Translations under genes and position numbers: made by a program
Shown: one piece after another, positions 9,053 to 18,758 of the stretch
How positions within the stretch are numbered: position 1 is the stretch's first letter
How the letters are laid out: every line of letters starts with the position of its first letter
Notes under the pieces: generated by a model
Databases searched by the model: none
What the model was told of the DNA's origin: nothing
The model's input: only the letters and a program-made list of their open reading frames with translations
From: Acidimicrobiia bacterium
GTDB taxonomy: Bacteria; Actinomycetota; Acidimicrobiia; Acidimicrobiales; CAIXPF01
Length of the DNA stretch: 56,848 bases
Reading direction: 5' to 3'
Assembly (NCBI GenBank): GCA_009377505.1
Contig: WHTX01000001.1
Coordinates: 1 to 56,848 of the forward strand

Positions 9053-9820
9053 GTGGCTCTGCTCGAGGTACGTGACATCTCCGTGCGTTTCGGGGGGATC
9101 GTGGCCCTCAACCAGTTGACCTTCGACATCGACGAAGGCCAGATACTCGGGTTGATAGGTCCGAACGGCGCGGGCAAGACGACGATGTTCAACGTCGTCA
9201 GCCGCATCTACGATCCCACCGAAGGCACGGTCAGCTACGACGGGAACAACCTGCTCGACCTTCCCGCCCACAAGATCGCCTCCGTCGGCGTCTACCGGAC
9301 CTTCCAGAACCTCGCGCTCTGGCCCGGCCTGACGGTGCTGGAGAACGTGATGGTGGGCGACCACACCCGGACCAAGGCGAACTTCGTGACCGCCATGCTC
9401 CGGTTGGGGACCGCCAAGGAGGAGAAGGCCCTCCGCTGGCGGGCGTGGGAGGCGCTCGAGGAGCTCGACCTCCGGGAGCACGCCTTCAAGCCGGCGACGG
9501 GACTCCCCTTCGGCACGCTCAAGCGGATCGAGCTGGCTCGAGCGCTCGTGGGCGGCCCCCGGCTGCTCATGCTCGACGAGCCGGCATCGGGCCTCACCCA
9601 CGCCGAGGTGGACGACCTGGCGGTGACGATCCGCACGTTGCGCGATCGCTACAAGCTCAGCGTCCTGCTCGTCGAGCACCACATGCAGATGGTGATGGCC
9701 ATCTCGGAGAAGATCGTGGTGCTGAACTTCGGCCAGAAGATCGCCGAGGGCACGCCCGACGAGGTCAAGAACGACCCCGACGTCGTCGAGGCCTACCTCG
9801 GGAGCGAGGCGGTGGCATGA
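9053..9820 (+). CDS. livG: branched-chain-amino-acid-type ABC transporter ATP-binding protein (LivG family)
   Basis: Walker A 'GPNGAGKTT', 'LSGL'-type signature region and Walker B '[10 protein letters not shown]'. C-terminal '[10 protein letters not shown]' is typical of LivG. I prefer the GTG at 9053 after GGGAGAG over the longer ORF start at 8951. Confidence 0.85.
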   Translation: MALLEVRDISVRFGGIVALNQLTFDIDEGQILGLIGPNGAGKTTMFNVVSRIYDPTEGTVSYDGNNLLDLPAHKIASVGVYRTFQNLALWPGLTVLENVMVGDHTRTKANFVTAMLRLGTAKEEKALRWRAWEALEELDLREHAFKPATGLPFGTLKRIELARALVGGPRLLMLDEPASGLTHAEVDDLAVTIRTLRDRYKLSVLLVEHHMQMVMAISEKIVVLNFGQKIAEGTPDEVKNDPDVVEAYLGSEAVA

Positions 9821-10530
9821 CCACGATGCTGAAGGTCACCAACCTCGACGCGCGCTACGGCGCCATCCAGATCCTGCGCCAGATCAGCTTCGACGTGAGC
9901 GAGGGCGAGGTCGTGGTGATCCTCGGGGCCAACGGCGCCGGGAAGACCACGACGCTGCGGGCGCTGTGCGGCATGGTGTCCACGTCGGGCTCCGTCAACT
10001 TCGAGGGCCAGGAGATCCGGGGCAACGACACGGCCGACATCGTGCGGCTGGGCGTGGCCCACGTACCCCAGGGGCGAGGCACCTTCCCCGAGCTCTCGGT
10101 GCTCGACAACCTCCAGCTCGGCGCCTATGTCCGCAAGGACCGCAAGGGCGTGGAGGAGGACCTCGAGCGCTGGTTCGACGCCTTCCCCCGCCTGCGGGAG
10201 CGCAAGACCCAGGCCGCAGGCTCCCTGTCCGGCGGCGAGCAGCAGATGCTCGCCGTGGCCCGGGCCATGATGGCGAACCCGCGCCTGCTGCTGCTCGACG
10301 AGCCGTCGCTCGGCTTGGCGCCGCTCATCATCGAGGACCTGTTCCGCCGCTTCGGCGAGATCAACAAGGAGACGGGGACGACGATGCTCATCGTCGAGCA
10401 GAACGCGAACCTGGCGCTCAACATCGCCGACCGCGGCTACGTCATCGAGTCGGGGCGCATCGAGGTCGGCGGTACCGCTGCGGAGCTCCGCTCGAACGAC
10501 GCCGTCCGCGAAGCGTACCTCGGGGCCTGA
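9817..10530 (+). CDS. livF: ABC transporter ATP-binding protein (LivF family)
   Basis: ATGA overlap with livG. 'GANGAGKTT', 'LSGGEQQMLAVARA', 'LLLLDEPSLGLAP' and 'REAYLG'. Confidence 0.85.
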   Translation: MTTMLKVTNLDARYGAIQILRQISFDVSEGEVVVILGANGAGKTTTLRALCGMVSTSGSVNFEGQEIRGNDTADIVRLGVAHVPQGRGTFPELSVLDNLQLGAYVRKDRKGVEEDLERWFDAFPRLRERKTQAAGSLSGGEQQMLAVARAMMANPRLLLLDEPSLGLAPLIIEDLFRRFGEINKETGTTMLIVEQNANLALNIADRGYVIESGRIEVGGTAAELRSNDAVREAYLGA

Positions 10531-10545
10531 GGGGGAAGAGACACC

Positions 10546-11457
10546 GTGGAACTGTTCCTGCAGAGAGTCTTCGACGGGCTCAACAACGGCGCGGCCTACG
10601 CCGTGGTGGCGATCGCCTTGGTGATCATCTTCAAAGCCACGACGTTGGTCAACTTCGCCCAGGCCAACATGGCGATGTTCGGCACCTACCTGACGTGGAT
10701 GTTCGCCACGCAACAGGGCTTGCCGATCTGGATCGCCATCTTCGTCTCCATGGCGCTCACGGCCGCCGGTGGTGCGGTCATCGAACGGGTGCTCATCCGC
10801 CCGTTCGACCCGACGGACCACCTACCGGTCGTGCTCATAACCCTGGGGTTGTCCCTCATCCTGGAGGCCGTAGCGGGCTGGAAGTGGGGCCTCGAGTTCC
10901 ACCGCTTCCCGAGCCCGTTCCCGGCCGCCCCGGACGACTTCGTGAGCATCGGTGGCGCCCGCCTCCGCTACGAGACCATCGGCACCATCGTGACGATGTT
11001 CGTCATGCTCGGCGTGCTCTCCCTGGTGCTCAACCGCACCAAGATCGGCCTGGCCTTCCGGGCGGTGTCCTCCAACACCGAGTCGTCCCGGCTCGTCGGC
11101 GTGAAGGTCGGCCCGACCCTCATGTTCGGCTGGGCGCTGTCGGCGGCGTTCGGCACGCTGGGCGGCGCCCTCGTGGCCCGTCAGACGAACCTCGAGCCCG
11201 CCTTCATGGCGAAGCTCGTGATCTTCTCCTTCGCCGCCGCGACCCTCGGGGGCCTCGACTCCATCGGCGGCACGGTGATCGGCGCCTTCATCGTCGCCAT
11301 GATCCAGAGCCTGCTGGTCGGCTACGCCCAGCAGATCCCGGGCCTCGACTGGCTCAAGTCGAACTACGCCTTGGTGATCGCCTTCGTGGTGATCCTGGTG
11401 GTGCTGTTGTTCAAGCCGTCGGGCCTGTACGGGACGAGGAGGATCGAGCGAGTATGA
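10546..11457 (+). CDS. livH: ABC transporter permease (LivH family)
   Basis: GTG start. 'ELFLQRVFDGLNNGAAYAVVAIALVIIF' N-terminus, multi-TM, and the family-typical ending 'KPSGLYG...'. Confidence 0.85.
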   Translation: MELFLQRVFDGLNNGAAYAVVAIALVIIFKATTLVNFAQANMAMFGTYLTWMFATQQGLPIWIAIFVSMALTAAGGAVIERVLIRPFDPTDHLPVVLITLGLSLILEAVAGWKWGLEFHRFPSPFPAAPDDFVSIGGARLRYETIGTIVTMFVMLGVLSLVLNRTKIGLAFRAVSSNTESSRLVGVKVGPTLMFGWALSAAFGTLGGALVARQTNLEPAFMAKLVIFSFAAATLGGLDSIGGTVIGAFIVAMIQSLLVGYAQQIPGLDWLKSNYALVIAFVVILVVLLFKPSGLYGTRRIERV

Positions 11458-12650
11458 GCATGCAGATCGTGACCTCCCGAGGAGGTGGTGGGAGCGGGAA
11501 GGCGGTCGTCACCGCCAAGGAGGGATCCACCCCGCACCGCACCTTCCAGCTCACGGGCTGGGGCATCTTCGTCCTCTTCGCGGTCATCATCCCCTACGCG
11601 CTGCCCAACTTCCGGGTGACGCAGTTCGGCCAGGCCATCGCCTTCGGCTTGATGATCCTCGGCATCAACCTGGTCATCGGCTACTCCGGGCTCCTCTCGA
11701 TCGGCCACATCGCCTTCGCGGGGACCGGCGCCTACATCACGATGATCCTGGTCAACGACAACGGCTGGGACTACTGGATGACCTGGCCGGTCGTGGTGGC
11801 CGCCTGCTTCGCCTTCGGGGCGATCCTCGGGTTGCCCGCCCTGAAGATCAAGGGCCTGTACCTGGCCCTCGTGACGTTGGCCCTGGCCTACACGTTCCCG
11901 ATCCTGCTCAAGATCGACGAGTGGGGGATCGCCACGAGGACGGGCGGCGACAACGGCCGGACCATCACCGAGGTCCTCCGGCCTCCGGGCTGGGCGCGGT
12001 CGCTGTTCTTCCTGAACGGCAAGAACCCGCAGGAGCAGCAGGCGATCTACCAGTTCATCTGCTTCTTCTTCACGGCGCTCGTGGTGTTCATCCTGGTGAG
12101 GAACCTGATCAAGAGCCGACCGGGCCGGGCCATCGTGACCATCCGTGACAACCAGATCGGCTCGGCAGTCAGCGGCGTCAACCTGAGCCTCTACAAGGTG
12201 GTCACGTTCGGCATCAGCGCGGCGGTCACCGGCATCGGCGGGAGCCTGTTGGCCATCAACCTGGCGTCGGTGGGGCCGAGCTCGTTCGACTTCCGCTACG
12301 CCATCCTCACCCTGATGGGCCTGGTGCTCGGCGGCGTGGCCACGCTGCACGGCAACTGGATCGGCGGGATCCTGCTGGTGTTCCTGCAGGACCTGGCGAG
12401 CCGGGTCGAGTTCACGGCGATCCCGTTCTTCAAGATCGAACGGGGCAGCCCCCTCACCCAGGCCGTGTTCGGCCTCGTGCTCGTGCTCGTGGCCTTCTTC
12501 GCCCCGGGCGGCATCATGTCCCTGGCGAAGCGGGTCAAGGCCCGTTTCATCAAGGTCATCCCGAACCCGCCGACGGAGCCCCCGGGCCAGCCCGTGCTCG
12601 CTGACGGCACGCCTTCCGCCGAAGCGGAGCTCACTCCCGTGGCTCGCTGA
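11454..12650 (+). CDS. livM: ABC transporter permease (LivM family)
   Basis: ATGA overlap with livH. Contains 'GINLVIGYSGLLSIGHIAFAGTGAY', the LivM core motif. Multi-TM. Confidence 0.85.
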   Translation: MSMQIVTSRGGGGSGKAVVTAKEGSTPHRTFQLTGWGIFVLFAVIIPYALPNFRVTQFGQAIAFGLMILGINLVIGYSGLLSIGHIAFAGTGAYITMILVNDNGWDYWMTWPVVVAACFAFGAILGLPALKIKGLYLALVTLALAYTFPILLKIDEWGIATRTGGDNGRTITEVLRPPGWARSLFFLNGKNPQEQQAIYQFICFFFTALVVFILVRNLIKSRPGRAIVTIRDNQIGSAVSGVNLSLYKVVTFGISAAVTGIGGSLLAINLASVGPSSFDFRYAILTLMGLVLGGVATLHGNWIGGILLVFLQDLASRVEFTAIPFFKIERGSPLTQAVFGLVLVLVAFFAPGGIMSLAKRVKARFIKVIPNPPTEPPGQPVLADGTPSAEAELTPVAR

Positions 12651-12685
12651 GCCTCGAGCCCATCGCCCATCTTGGGCACATCGTC

Positions 12686-12713
12686 GAGCGGGCCGGTCTC
12701 CACCGGCCCGCTC
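12686..12713 (+). terminator. strong stem-loop after livM
   Basis: GAGCGGGCCGG-tctcca-CCGGCCCGCTC, an 11-bp perfect stem. Confidence 0.5.
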
Positions 12714-12760
12714 GTCGCGTCCGGCCACGAAAGAGACGCGAACTTCGTAACTGACGCGAC

Positions 12761-12774
12761 GTGACATCAGTCAT
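12761..12774. promoter_or_regulatory. GTGAC-N4-GTCAT inverted repeat upstream of binding protein 1
   Basis: Reads 'GCGACGTGACatcaGTCAT'. The same motif recurs before the two other paralogs (14549-14562 and 42809-42822). Confidence 0.4.
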
Positions 12775-12845
12775 AGGCCGCGCTACCGTGCCCCTTGGTG
12801 TGTCCATTGACACATCGTCCGGTGCATCTCCACAGGGGGAAGTTC

Positions 12846-14435
12846 GTGAGCAGAAGAAGGTTGCGCGTCCTGGGCGTAAGCCTCCTCGGTCTATCGCTGG
12901 TCGCCGCGGCGTGCGGCGGTGACGACGGTGGTGGCTCGGCGACTCAGGCGACGGTGGACGAAGGGGTGAAGTCCGGGGTCGCCGAGCAGCTGGGCGGCTC
13001 GTCGACGACGGCCGGCGAGGCCGTCGAGCGGCCGACGACGATGGAGGACTGGGAGGCCCTCTGGGCCGAGGAGCGGGCGGCGGTGGTCGAGCGGATCACG
13101 AGCGAGGGCTTCGGGATCTCCGACGACGGCAGCACGCTGACCGGGCCCGAGGGGTTCACGATCGACCTGTCGGCCTGCCCGGCGGGGTGGAGCGACACCG
13201 AGGGGCTGACGGACACCGAGATCAAGATCGGGCACACGACGGCGCTGTCGGGCACCCTGGCCGACTACGGCAACATCGCCAGGGCCATGCAGACGTTGTT
13301 CGCCTACTACGACGAGCAGGGGACCTTCACCGACTCGCTGGGCAAGGCCCGGACTGTCAACCTGATCGTCAAGGATGACGGTTACGACTCCGCTCGGACG
13401 ATCCCGCTGGTGGACGAGCTGATCGACTCCGAGAAGGTCTTCGCCATGTGGACGCTCGGCTCGCCGAACACGCTGAAGACCTACGACAAGCTGAACCAGC
13501 GCTGCATCCCCCAGCCCCTCTCCATGACCGGCCACCCGGCCTGGGGCGACCCGGTGAACCACCCGTGGACCACCGGCTTCCAGCTCGCCTACAACACCGA
13601 GGCGGTGCTGTGGGGGGCGTTCATCGAGCAGAGGCTCCAGGAGTTCGGCGGCCAGGCCAAGGTGGCGTCGCTGGTCATGAACAACGACTTCGGCAAGGCG
13701 TACAACAGCGGCTTCGAGGCGTTCCTCGCCCAGTCGCCCGAGGCGGCGAACATCGAGTACGTCACGGAGACGATCGAGCCCCAGGCGCCGACGTTGAAGG
13801 ACCCGATGACCACGCTCGCTGCTGAGGAGCCCGACGTCTTCATCGCCATGGTGGCGGGCACGCCGTGCACCCAGGCGATCACGGAGGCGGCGCAGAACGG
13901 CATGAAGGAAGAAATCCCCTACCTGTTCCAGCCGTCGGTGTGCAAGGCGGCGAGCTTCGTGGGCGCGGACAAGGTCGGCGGTGACGGGTCGGCGTCCGAC
14001 GGGTGGTGGATCGTCGGCGGTGGCCAGGTCGACCTGAACGCCGAAGCCAACTCGGACCAGGCCTTCGTCAAGTTCGGGCGCGACCTCCTGGCCGGCGCAG
14101 GCCTCGACTACAAGGCCTCGGGCTCGTTCGGCTCGGGCTTCTCGTTCGGCTGGACGATGGTGCAAGCCCTCCAGATCGCCGGTGAGCTCGAGGGCGGGCT
14201 GACGCGGACCAACCTGATCCTGGCGCTGCGGTCCATGGACATGACCCACCCGCTGCTCCTGCCCGGCGTGGCCATGAACATGAACGGCAACACCGACGCC
14301 TACTTCATCGAAGGTTCGGACATCGGCCAGTACGATTCCGAGACGCAATCGTGGGCCCAGCAGGGAGAGATCATCGAGCTCTCCGGGAAGTCCACCAACT
14401 GCACCTTCGACCAGGCGGCTGGCGTCTGCAGCTGA
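12846..14435 (+). CDS. ABC transporter substrate-binding lipoprotein (Leu/Ile/Val-binding-protein fold family), paralog 1
   Basis: GTG follows GGGGGA. Lipobox 'LSLVAAAC'. Type-I periplasmic-binding-protein pattern ('IKIGHTTALSG', 'DDGYD', 'VFAMWTLGSPNT'). Ligand not inferable from sequence. Confidence 0.8.
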   Translation: MSRRRLRVLGVSLLGLSLVAAACGGDDGGGSATQATVDEGVKSGVAEQLGGSSTTAGEAVERPTTMEDWEALWAEERAAVVERITSEGFGISDDGSTLTGPEGFTIDLSACPAGWSDTEGLTDTEIKIGHTTALSGTLADYGNIARAMQTLFAYYDEQGTFTDSLGKARTVNLIVKDDGYDSARTIPLVDELIDSEKVFAMWTLGSPNTLKTYDKLNQRCIPQPLSMTGHPAWGDPVNHPWTTGFQLAYNTEAVLWGAFIEQRLQEFGGQAKVASLVMNNDFGKAYNSGFEAFLAQSPEAANIEYVTETIEPQAPTLKDPMTTLAAEEPDVFIAMVAGTPCTQAITEAAQNGMKEEIPYLFQPSVCKAASFVGADKVGGDGSASDGWWIVGGGQVDLNAEANSDQAFVKFGRDLLAGAGLDYKASGSFGSGFSFGWTMVQALQIAGELEGGLTRTNLILALRSMDMTHPLLLPGVAMNMNGNTDAYFIEGSDIGQYDSETQSWAQQGEIIELSGKSTNCTFDQAAGVCS

Positions 14436-14461
14436 CCTGAGCCACAAGCACCCAGTACCCG

Positions 14462-14504
14462 CCGGCCGGCGGTGCCTCGCACGACGCGAGGTGCCGCCGG
14501 CCGG
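14462..14504 (+). terminator. 19-bp stem-loop after binding protein 1
   Basis: CCGGCCGGCGGTGCCTCGC-acgac-GCGAGGTGCCGCCGGCCGG. Two of the pairs are G-U in RNA. Confidence 0.5.
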
Positions 14505-14548
14505 TGCCGTTCCCGGCCGGGCATGACCATGGGCCCGGGGGGGGCGAC

Positions 14549-14562
14549 GTGACTCTGGTCAC
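14549..14562. promoter_or_regulatory. GTGAC-N4-GTCAC inverted repeat upstream of binding protein 2
   Basis: Reads 'GCGACGTGACtctgGTCAC'. Confidence 0.4.
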
Positions 14563-14642
14563 AGCGCTCGGTAGAGTCAGCGCAGTGTGGCATTCGTCAC
14601 ATGCGGAGGGGGACGTCCGGTGCAGTCCCACGAGGAGATGCT

Positions 14643-16235
14643 GTGAGGACACGAGCAAGGGCCATGGGGGCTGGACTCGTCTGTCTGTCGCTCGTCGCCG
14701 CAGCCTGCGGTGGCGACGACAACGGCGGGTCCGCGACACAAGCGACCGTGGACGAGGGGGTGAAGGCAGGCGTCGAGCAGCAGCTCGGCGGGGGCACGTC
14801 GACGACGGAGCCGGCCGCGCCCGTCGAGCGGCCGACGACCATGGAGGACTGGGAGGCCCTCTGGGCCGAGGAGCGGGCCGCGGTGGTCGAGCGGATCCAG
14901 AGCGAGGGGCTGGGCCTGTCGGCGGACGGGACGACCCTGACCGGGCCCGAGGGGTTCACCATCGACCTGTCGGCGTGCCCGGCGGGGTGGAGCAACACCG
15001 AGGGGCTGACGGACACCGAGATCAAGATCGGGCACACGACGGCCCTCTCGGGCACGCTCGCCGACTACGGCAACATCGCCAAGGCCATGGAGCTCACCTA
15101 CGCCTACTACAACGCTGAAGGGGTGTTCACCGACTCGGCGGGCAAGACCCGCTCGGTGAACCTCATCGTGAAGGACGACGGCTATGACGCCGCCCGCACG
15201 ATCCCCCTCGTGGACGAGCTGATCGACTCCGAGAAGGTCTTCGCCATGTGGACCCTCGGCTCGCCGAACACGCTCAAGACCTACGACAAGCTGAACGGGC
15301 GCTGCATCCCGCAGCCGTTCTCGATGACGGGCCACCCGGCGTGGGGCGACCCGGTGAACCACCCGTGGACGACCGGCCTGCAGCTCGCCTACAACACCGA
15401 GGCGGTGCTGTGGGGGGCGTTCATCGAGCAGAGGCTCCAGGAGTTCGGCGGCCAGGTCAAGGTGGCGTCCTTGATCATGAACAACGACTTCGGCAAGGCG
15501 TACGACAGCGGCTTCAAGGCGTTCCTCGCCCAGTCGCCCGAGGCGGCGAACATCGAGTACGTCACGGAGACGATCGAGCCCCAGGCGCCCACGCTGAAGG
15601 ACCCGATGACCACGTTGGCCGCCCAGCAGCCTGACTTCTTCATCGCCATGATCGCCGGCGCCCCGTGCGTGCAGGCCATCACGGAGGCCGCGGAGAACGG
15701 CATGAAGGAAGATGTCGAGTACCTGTTCATGCCTTCCGTCTGCAAGTCGGCCAGCTTCGTGGGCAAGGACAAGGTCGGCGGTGACGGCTCGGCCGCTGAC
15801 GGCTGGTGGATCATCGGCGGTGGCGCCGTGGACTTCAACGCCGACGCCACGTCCGACGACGCCTTCGTGGCCTGGGGGCGTGGCCTCCTCAGCGACGCCG
15901 GCATCGACTACCACACCTCCGGGTCCTTCGGGTCCGGGTTCATCTTCTCCTTCGCCATGGTGCAGGCCCTGCAGATCGCCGGCGAGCTCGAGGGCGGCCT
16001 GACGAGGACCAACCTGGTCCTCGCCATCCGCTCGATGGACCTGACCCACCCGCTGCTGCTGGAGGGCATCAAGTTCAACATGAACGGCAACGCCGACCCC
16101 TACTTCGTGGAGGGCTCCGACATCGCCAAGTACGACTCGGCGCAGCAGGTGTGGGTCCAGGAGGGCGACATCATCGAGCTCTCGGGCAAGTCCACGCCGT
16201 GCGCCTTCGACCAGGCCTCGGGGACCTGCGCCTGA
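14643..16235 (+). CDS. ABC transporter substrate-binding lipoprotein, paralog 2
   Basis: GTG follows GGAG. Lipobox 'LSLVAAAC'. Long runs identical to paralog 1, for example 'ERPTTMEDWEALWAEERAAVVERI' and 'VFAMWTLGSPNTLKTYDKLN'. Confidence 0.8.
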   Translation: MRTRARAMGAGLVCLSLVAAACGGDDNGGSATQATVDEGVKAGVEQQLGGGTSTTEPAAPVERPTTMEDWEALWAEERAAVVERIQSEGLGLSADGTTLTGPEGFTIDLSACPAGWSNTEGLTDTEIKIGHTTALSGTLADYGNIAKAMELTYAYYNAEGVFTDSAGKTRSVNLIVKDDGYDAARTIPLVDELIDSEKVFAMWTLGSPNTLKTYDKLNGRCIPQPFSMTGHPAWGDPVNHPWTTGLQLAYNTEAVLWGAFIEQRLQEFGGQVKVASLIMNNDFGKAYDSGFKAFLAQSPEAANIEYVTETIEPQAPTLKDPMTTLAAQQPDFFIAMIAGAPCVQAITEAAENGMKEDVEYLFMPSVCKSASFVGKDKVGGDGSAADGWWIIGGGAVDFNADATSDDAFVAWGRGLLSDAGIDYHTSGSFGSGFIFSFAMVQALQIAGELEGGLTRTNLVLAIRSMDLTHPLLLEGIKFNMNGNADPYFVEGSDIAKYDSAQQVWVQEGDIIELSGKSTPCAFDQASGTCA

Positions 16236-16618
16236 CCGGGGGACGGGCCCCGGTTGGTGTGGCAGGTACACCACCGTCCGTGCCAGCCGGGGCCGAGCCT
16301 GGGCTAGTGTCGGCCTTCGTCGTGCTGAGCGTCGGGGGACCACCCGGCACGAGGTGAGGGGCGTGGACGACCGGACGCCGTCGCGCCCTCGGCGGGCCCT
16401 CAACAGACCGATGCACCGGGCTGCTCGGCCGGCGGCGTTCTTCGCCGCCGGCCGGCGGCCGTCCGGGGTTCTTCGCCGGCGGGTGTCCGGGGCTGGTCAG
16501 GCGGTGATCCGGGTCGGCTGCGGCCCGGCCGCGCCGGAGCCGTGCCCGGCCGCCGGAAGGGGCCTCGACGGCTGAGGCGCCCCGGGTAAGGTCCCGGTGG
16601 TCGCGAGGGGGTGGCTCG

Positions 16619-17563
16619 ATCGACCTGTTCCTGCAACGGTGCTTCGACGGGCTGGCCAACGGGGCCATCTACAGCTCGCTCGCGTTGGCGCTCGTGATCG
16701 TCTACCGCTCGACTGGGCTGCTCAACGTGGCCCAAGGCGAGCTGGCCACCTTCTCGACGTACCTGGCCCTCGTCCTCACGACACCGGCGACGCCGGCGCT
16801 CGCCGGCACCGGGCTGGTGGCGGCGCTGCTGCCGGGCTCGCCGTGGCCGCTGTGGCTGTCGATGGCGGCCGCGGTCCTGCTCGGCGCCGGGGTGAGCGCC
16901 GGGGTGGAGCGGCTGGTGGTGCGCCGCGTGCCCGACCGGTCGACCTTCTCCGTCGTCAGCGTCTCGGTCGCCCTGCTGCTCCTCGTCAACGGGCTGAGCG
17001 AGCGGCTCTGGCTGCCGATCGTGCGCGGCTTCCCGGCTGCCTTCCCGAACCACCCGAGCGACTACGTCGACATCGGCCCGGCCCGGCTGCGCTTCACCAC
17101 CGTGGGCACGTGGCTCACGCTCGTCGCCGTGCTCGTCATCCTCGGGCTGGTGCTGCGGCGCACCAAGATCGGCCTGGCATTCCGGGCGGTCTCCTCCGAC
17201 CGGGCGGTCAGCGAGCTCATGGGCATCCGCTCGGGCCGCATCACCACGCTGGGCTGGGCGCTGGCCGGCGCCATCGGGGCCCTGGCCGGGTGCCTCGTGG
17301 CGCCGATGGTCGTCCTCGAGCCGAACATGATGGTCCGGCTGCTCATCTTCTCCCTGGTGGCCGCCACCCTGGGCGGGCTCGACAGCCTGGCCGGGGCCGT
17401 GGTGGGCGGCTTCCTCGTCGGCATCGCCCAGACCATGATCGGGGGCTACGTGGGCTTCGTCGGCTCGGAGCTCAGCCTGCCCGGCGCGCTGGCGGTCATG
17501 GTCGCGGTGCTGCTCACCCGGCCCACCGGCCTCTTCGGCACGCGGCGCGTGGAGCGCGTGTGA
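16619..17563 (+). CDS. second LivH-family permease; apparent non-canonical start
   Basis: The conserved N-terminus 'DLFLQRCFDGLANGAIYSSLALA' is encoded upstream of the first ATG/GTG/TTG (TTG at 16685). ATC at 16619 lies 7 nt after GAGGGGG, and CTG at 16625 is the alternative. Confidence 0.7.
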   Translation: MDLFLQRCFDGLANGAIYSSLALALVIVYRSTGLLNVAQGELATFSTYLALVLTTPATPALAGTGLVAALLPGSPWPLWLSMAAAVLLGAGVSAGVERLVVRRVPDRSTFSVVSVSVALLLLVNGLSERLWLPIVRGFPAAFPNHPSDYVDIGPARLRFTTVGTWLTLVAVLVILGLVLRRTKIGLAFRAVSSDRAVSELMGIRSGRITTLGWALAGAIGALAGCLVAPMVVLEPNMMVRLLIFSLVAATLGGLDSLAGAVVGGFLVGIAQTMIGGYVGFVGSELSLPGALAVMVAVLLTRPTGLFGTRRVERV

Positions 17564-18747
17564 GCAGGCGCGTGACCGAGCGCCCCGTCGAGGACCTCCT
17601 CGTGGTCGAGTTCCTCGACGAGGAGGCGGAGGCGGCGCGCCCCCAGGGACGGCCCGGGGCCCGCTTCGGCGGGCGCACGCTGCACCTCGCCCGGGGGTCG
17701 ACGGCCTGGCGCCTGCTCGCCGTGGCGCTCAGCGGCGCCGGCCTCGTGGCCGCCGTCCTGCCCGCCGTCTTCCTCGGCCCCTACGAGGCCCGCCTGGTCA
17801 CCCGGTTCATCGCCCTCTCCGTGGCCCTCGTCGGCCTGCAGTTCGTGCTCGGGCGGGCGGGGATGCTGTCGCTCTGCCACGGCGCCTTCGTCGGGCTCGG
17901 CTCCTACGCCGCCTCGCTCGCCTCGTCCCGCTGGGGCTGGTCGTACTTCGCCGGGCTGGCGCTGGCGCCACTCGTCGCCTTCGCCGGAGGGTGCCTGGTG
18001 GGGCTGCTGGCCCTGCGCATCCGGGCGACCTACCTCGGCCCGGTGACCCTGGCCGTGGCCGTCGCCTTCCCCATGGTGGTCAAGCGCTTCGCCTGGTTCA
18101 CGGGCGGCTCCTCAGGGCTGCCCCTCGACGCCACGATGAGGGCGCCGTCGTGGACCGGGCTGGCGGACGCCCGTCCCCACCTGTGGGTGCACCTCGTGGT
18201 GACGGCCACGGCCGTCCTCGCCTTCGCGCTGGCTCGCAACCTCGGCCGGTCACCCGTCGGGCTCGCCGTCCGGGCCGTGTCCACCAACCCCATCCCCGCG
18301 ACGGCGAGCGGGGTGCCCGTGCGGCGCTACCGCGTGCTGGCGTTCGGGGTGGGGGCCGGCCTCGGTGGCCTCGGTGGGGCGCTGCTGGTCCTCGACACGC
18401 CCATCGTGGGGGCTGACAGCTACGACCTTTTCCGCTCGCTCGGCTACTACGCCGCCGTCGTGGTGGGAGGGACCACCGCCATCGCCGGCGGGGTCGTGGG
18501 CGCGGCCCTGTTGACGGGCGTGCCCTGGTTGCTCGGCACCTACAGCCTGCGGATGAGCCAGAACCTGGTCTTCGGGTCGCTGCTCCTGCTGGTCACGTTC
18601 CTCGCCCCCGGTGGAGCGGTGACCGCTCTACGAGAGCGGCTGGCCAGCGTGGTGGTCATCGACGAGGTGGCCCCACGGCCCCCGCCGCGGCAAGGGCCCC
18701 GGGAGGGGCGGGCCGGAGGGGACGGGACGGCCGGGCGCGGCGAGTAG
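17560..18747 (+). CDS. second LivM-family permease
   Basis: GTGA overlap with the preceding permease. 'GRAGMLSLCHGAFVGLGSY' core motif. Multi-TM. Confidence 0.8.
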   Translation: MSRRVTERPVEDLLVVEFLDEEAEAARPQGRPGARFGGRTLHLARGSTAWRLLAVALSGAGLVAAVLPAVFLGPYEARLVTRFIALSVALVGLQFVLGRAGMLSLCHGAFVGLGSYAASLASSRWGWSYFAGLALAPLVAFAGGCLVGLLALRIRATYLGPVTLAVAVAFPMVVKRFAWFTGGSSGLPLDATMRAPSWTGLADARPHLWVHLVVTATAVLAFALARNLGRSPVGLAVRAVSTNPIPATASGVPVRRYRVLAFGVGAGLGGLGGALLVLDTPIVGADSYDLFRSLGYYAAVVVGGTTAIAGGVVGAALLTGVPWLLGTYSLRMSQNLVFGSLLLLVTFLAPGGAVTALRERLASVVVIDEVAPRPPPRQGPREGRAGGDGTAGRGE

Positions 18748-18758
18748 GTTCGAGTTCC

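Noticed and set aside
16236-16618. Decayed ATPase gene or other pseudogene in the 383-bp spacer before the second permease pair.
   Set aside because: No frame shows Walker A/B or ABC-signature remnants. The spacer contains only short GC hairpins and a small direct repeat (GTTCTTCGCCG).
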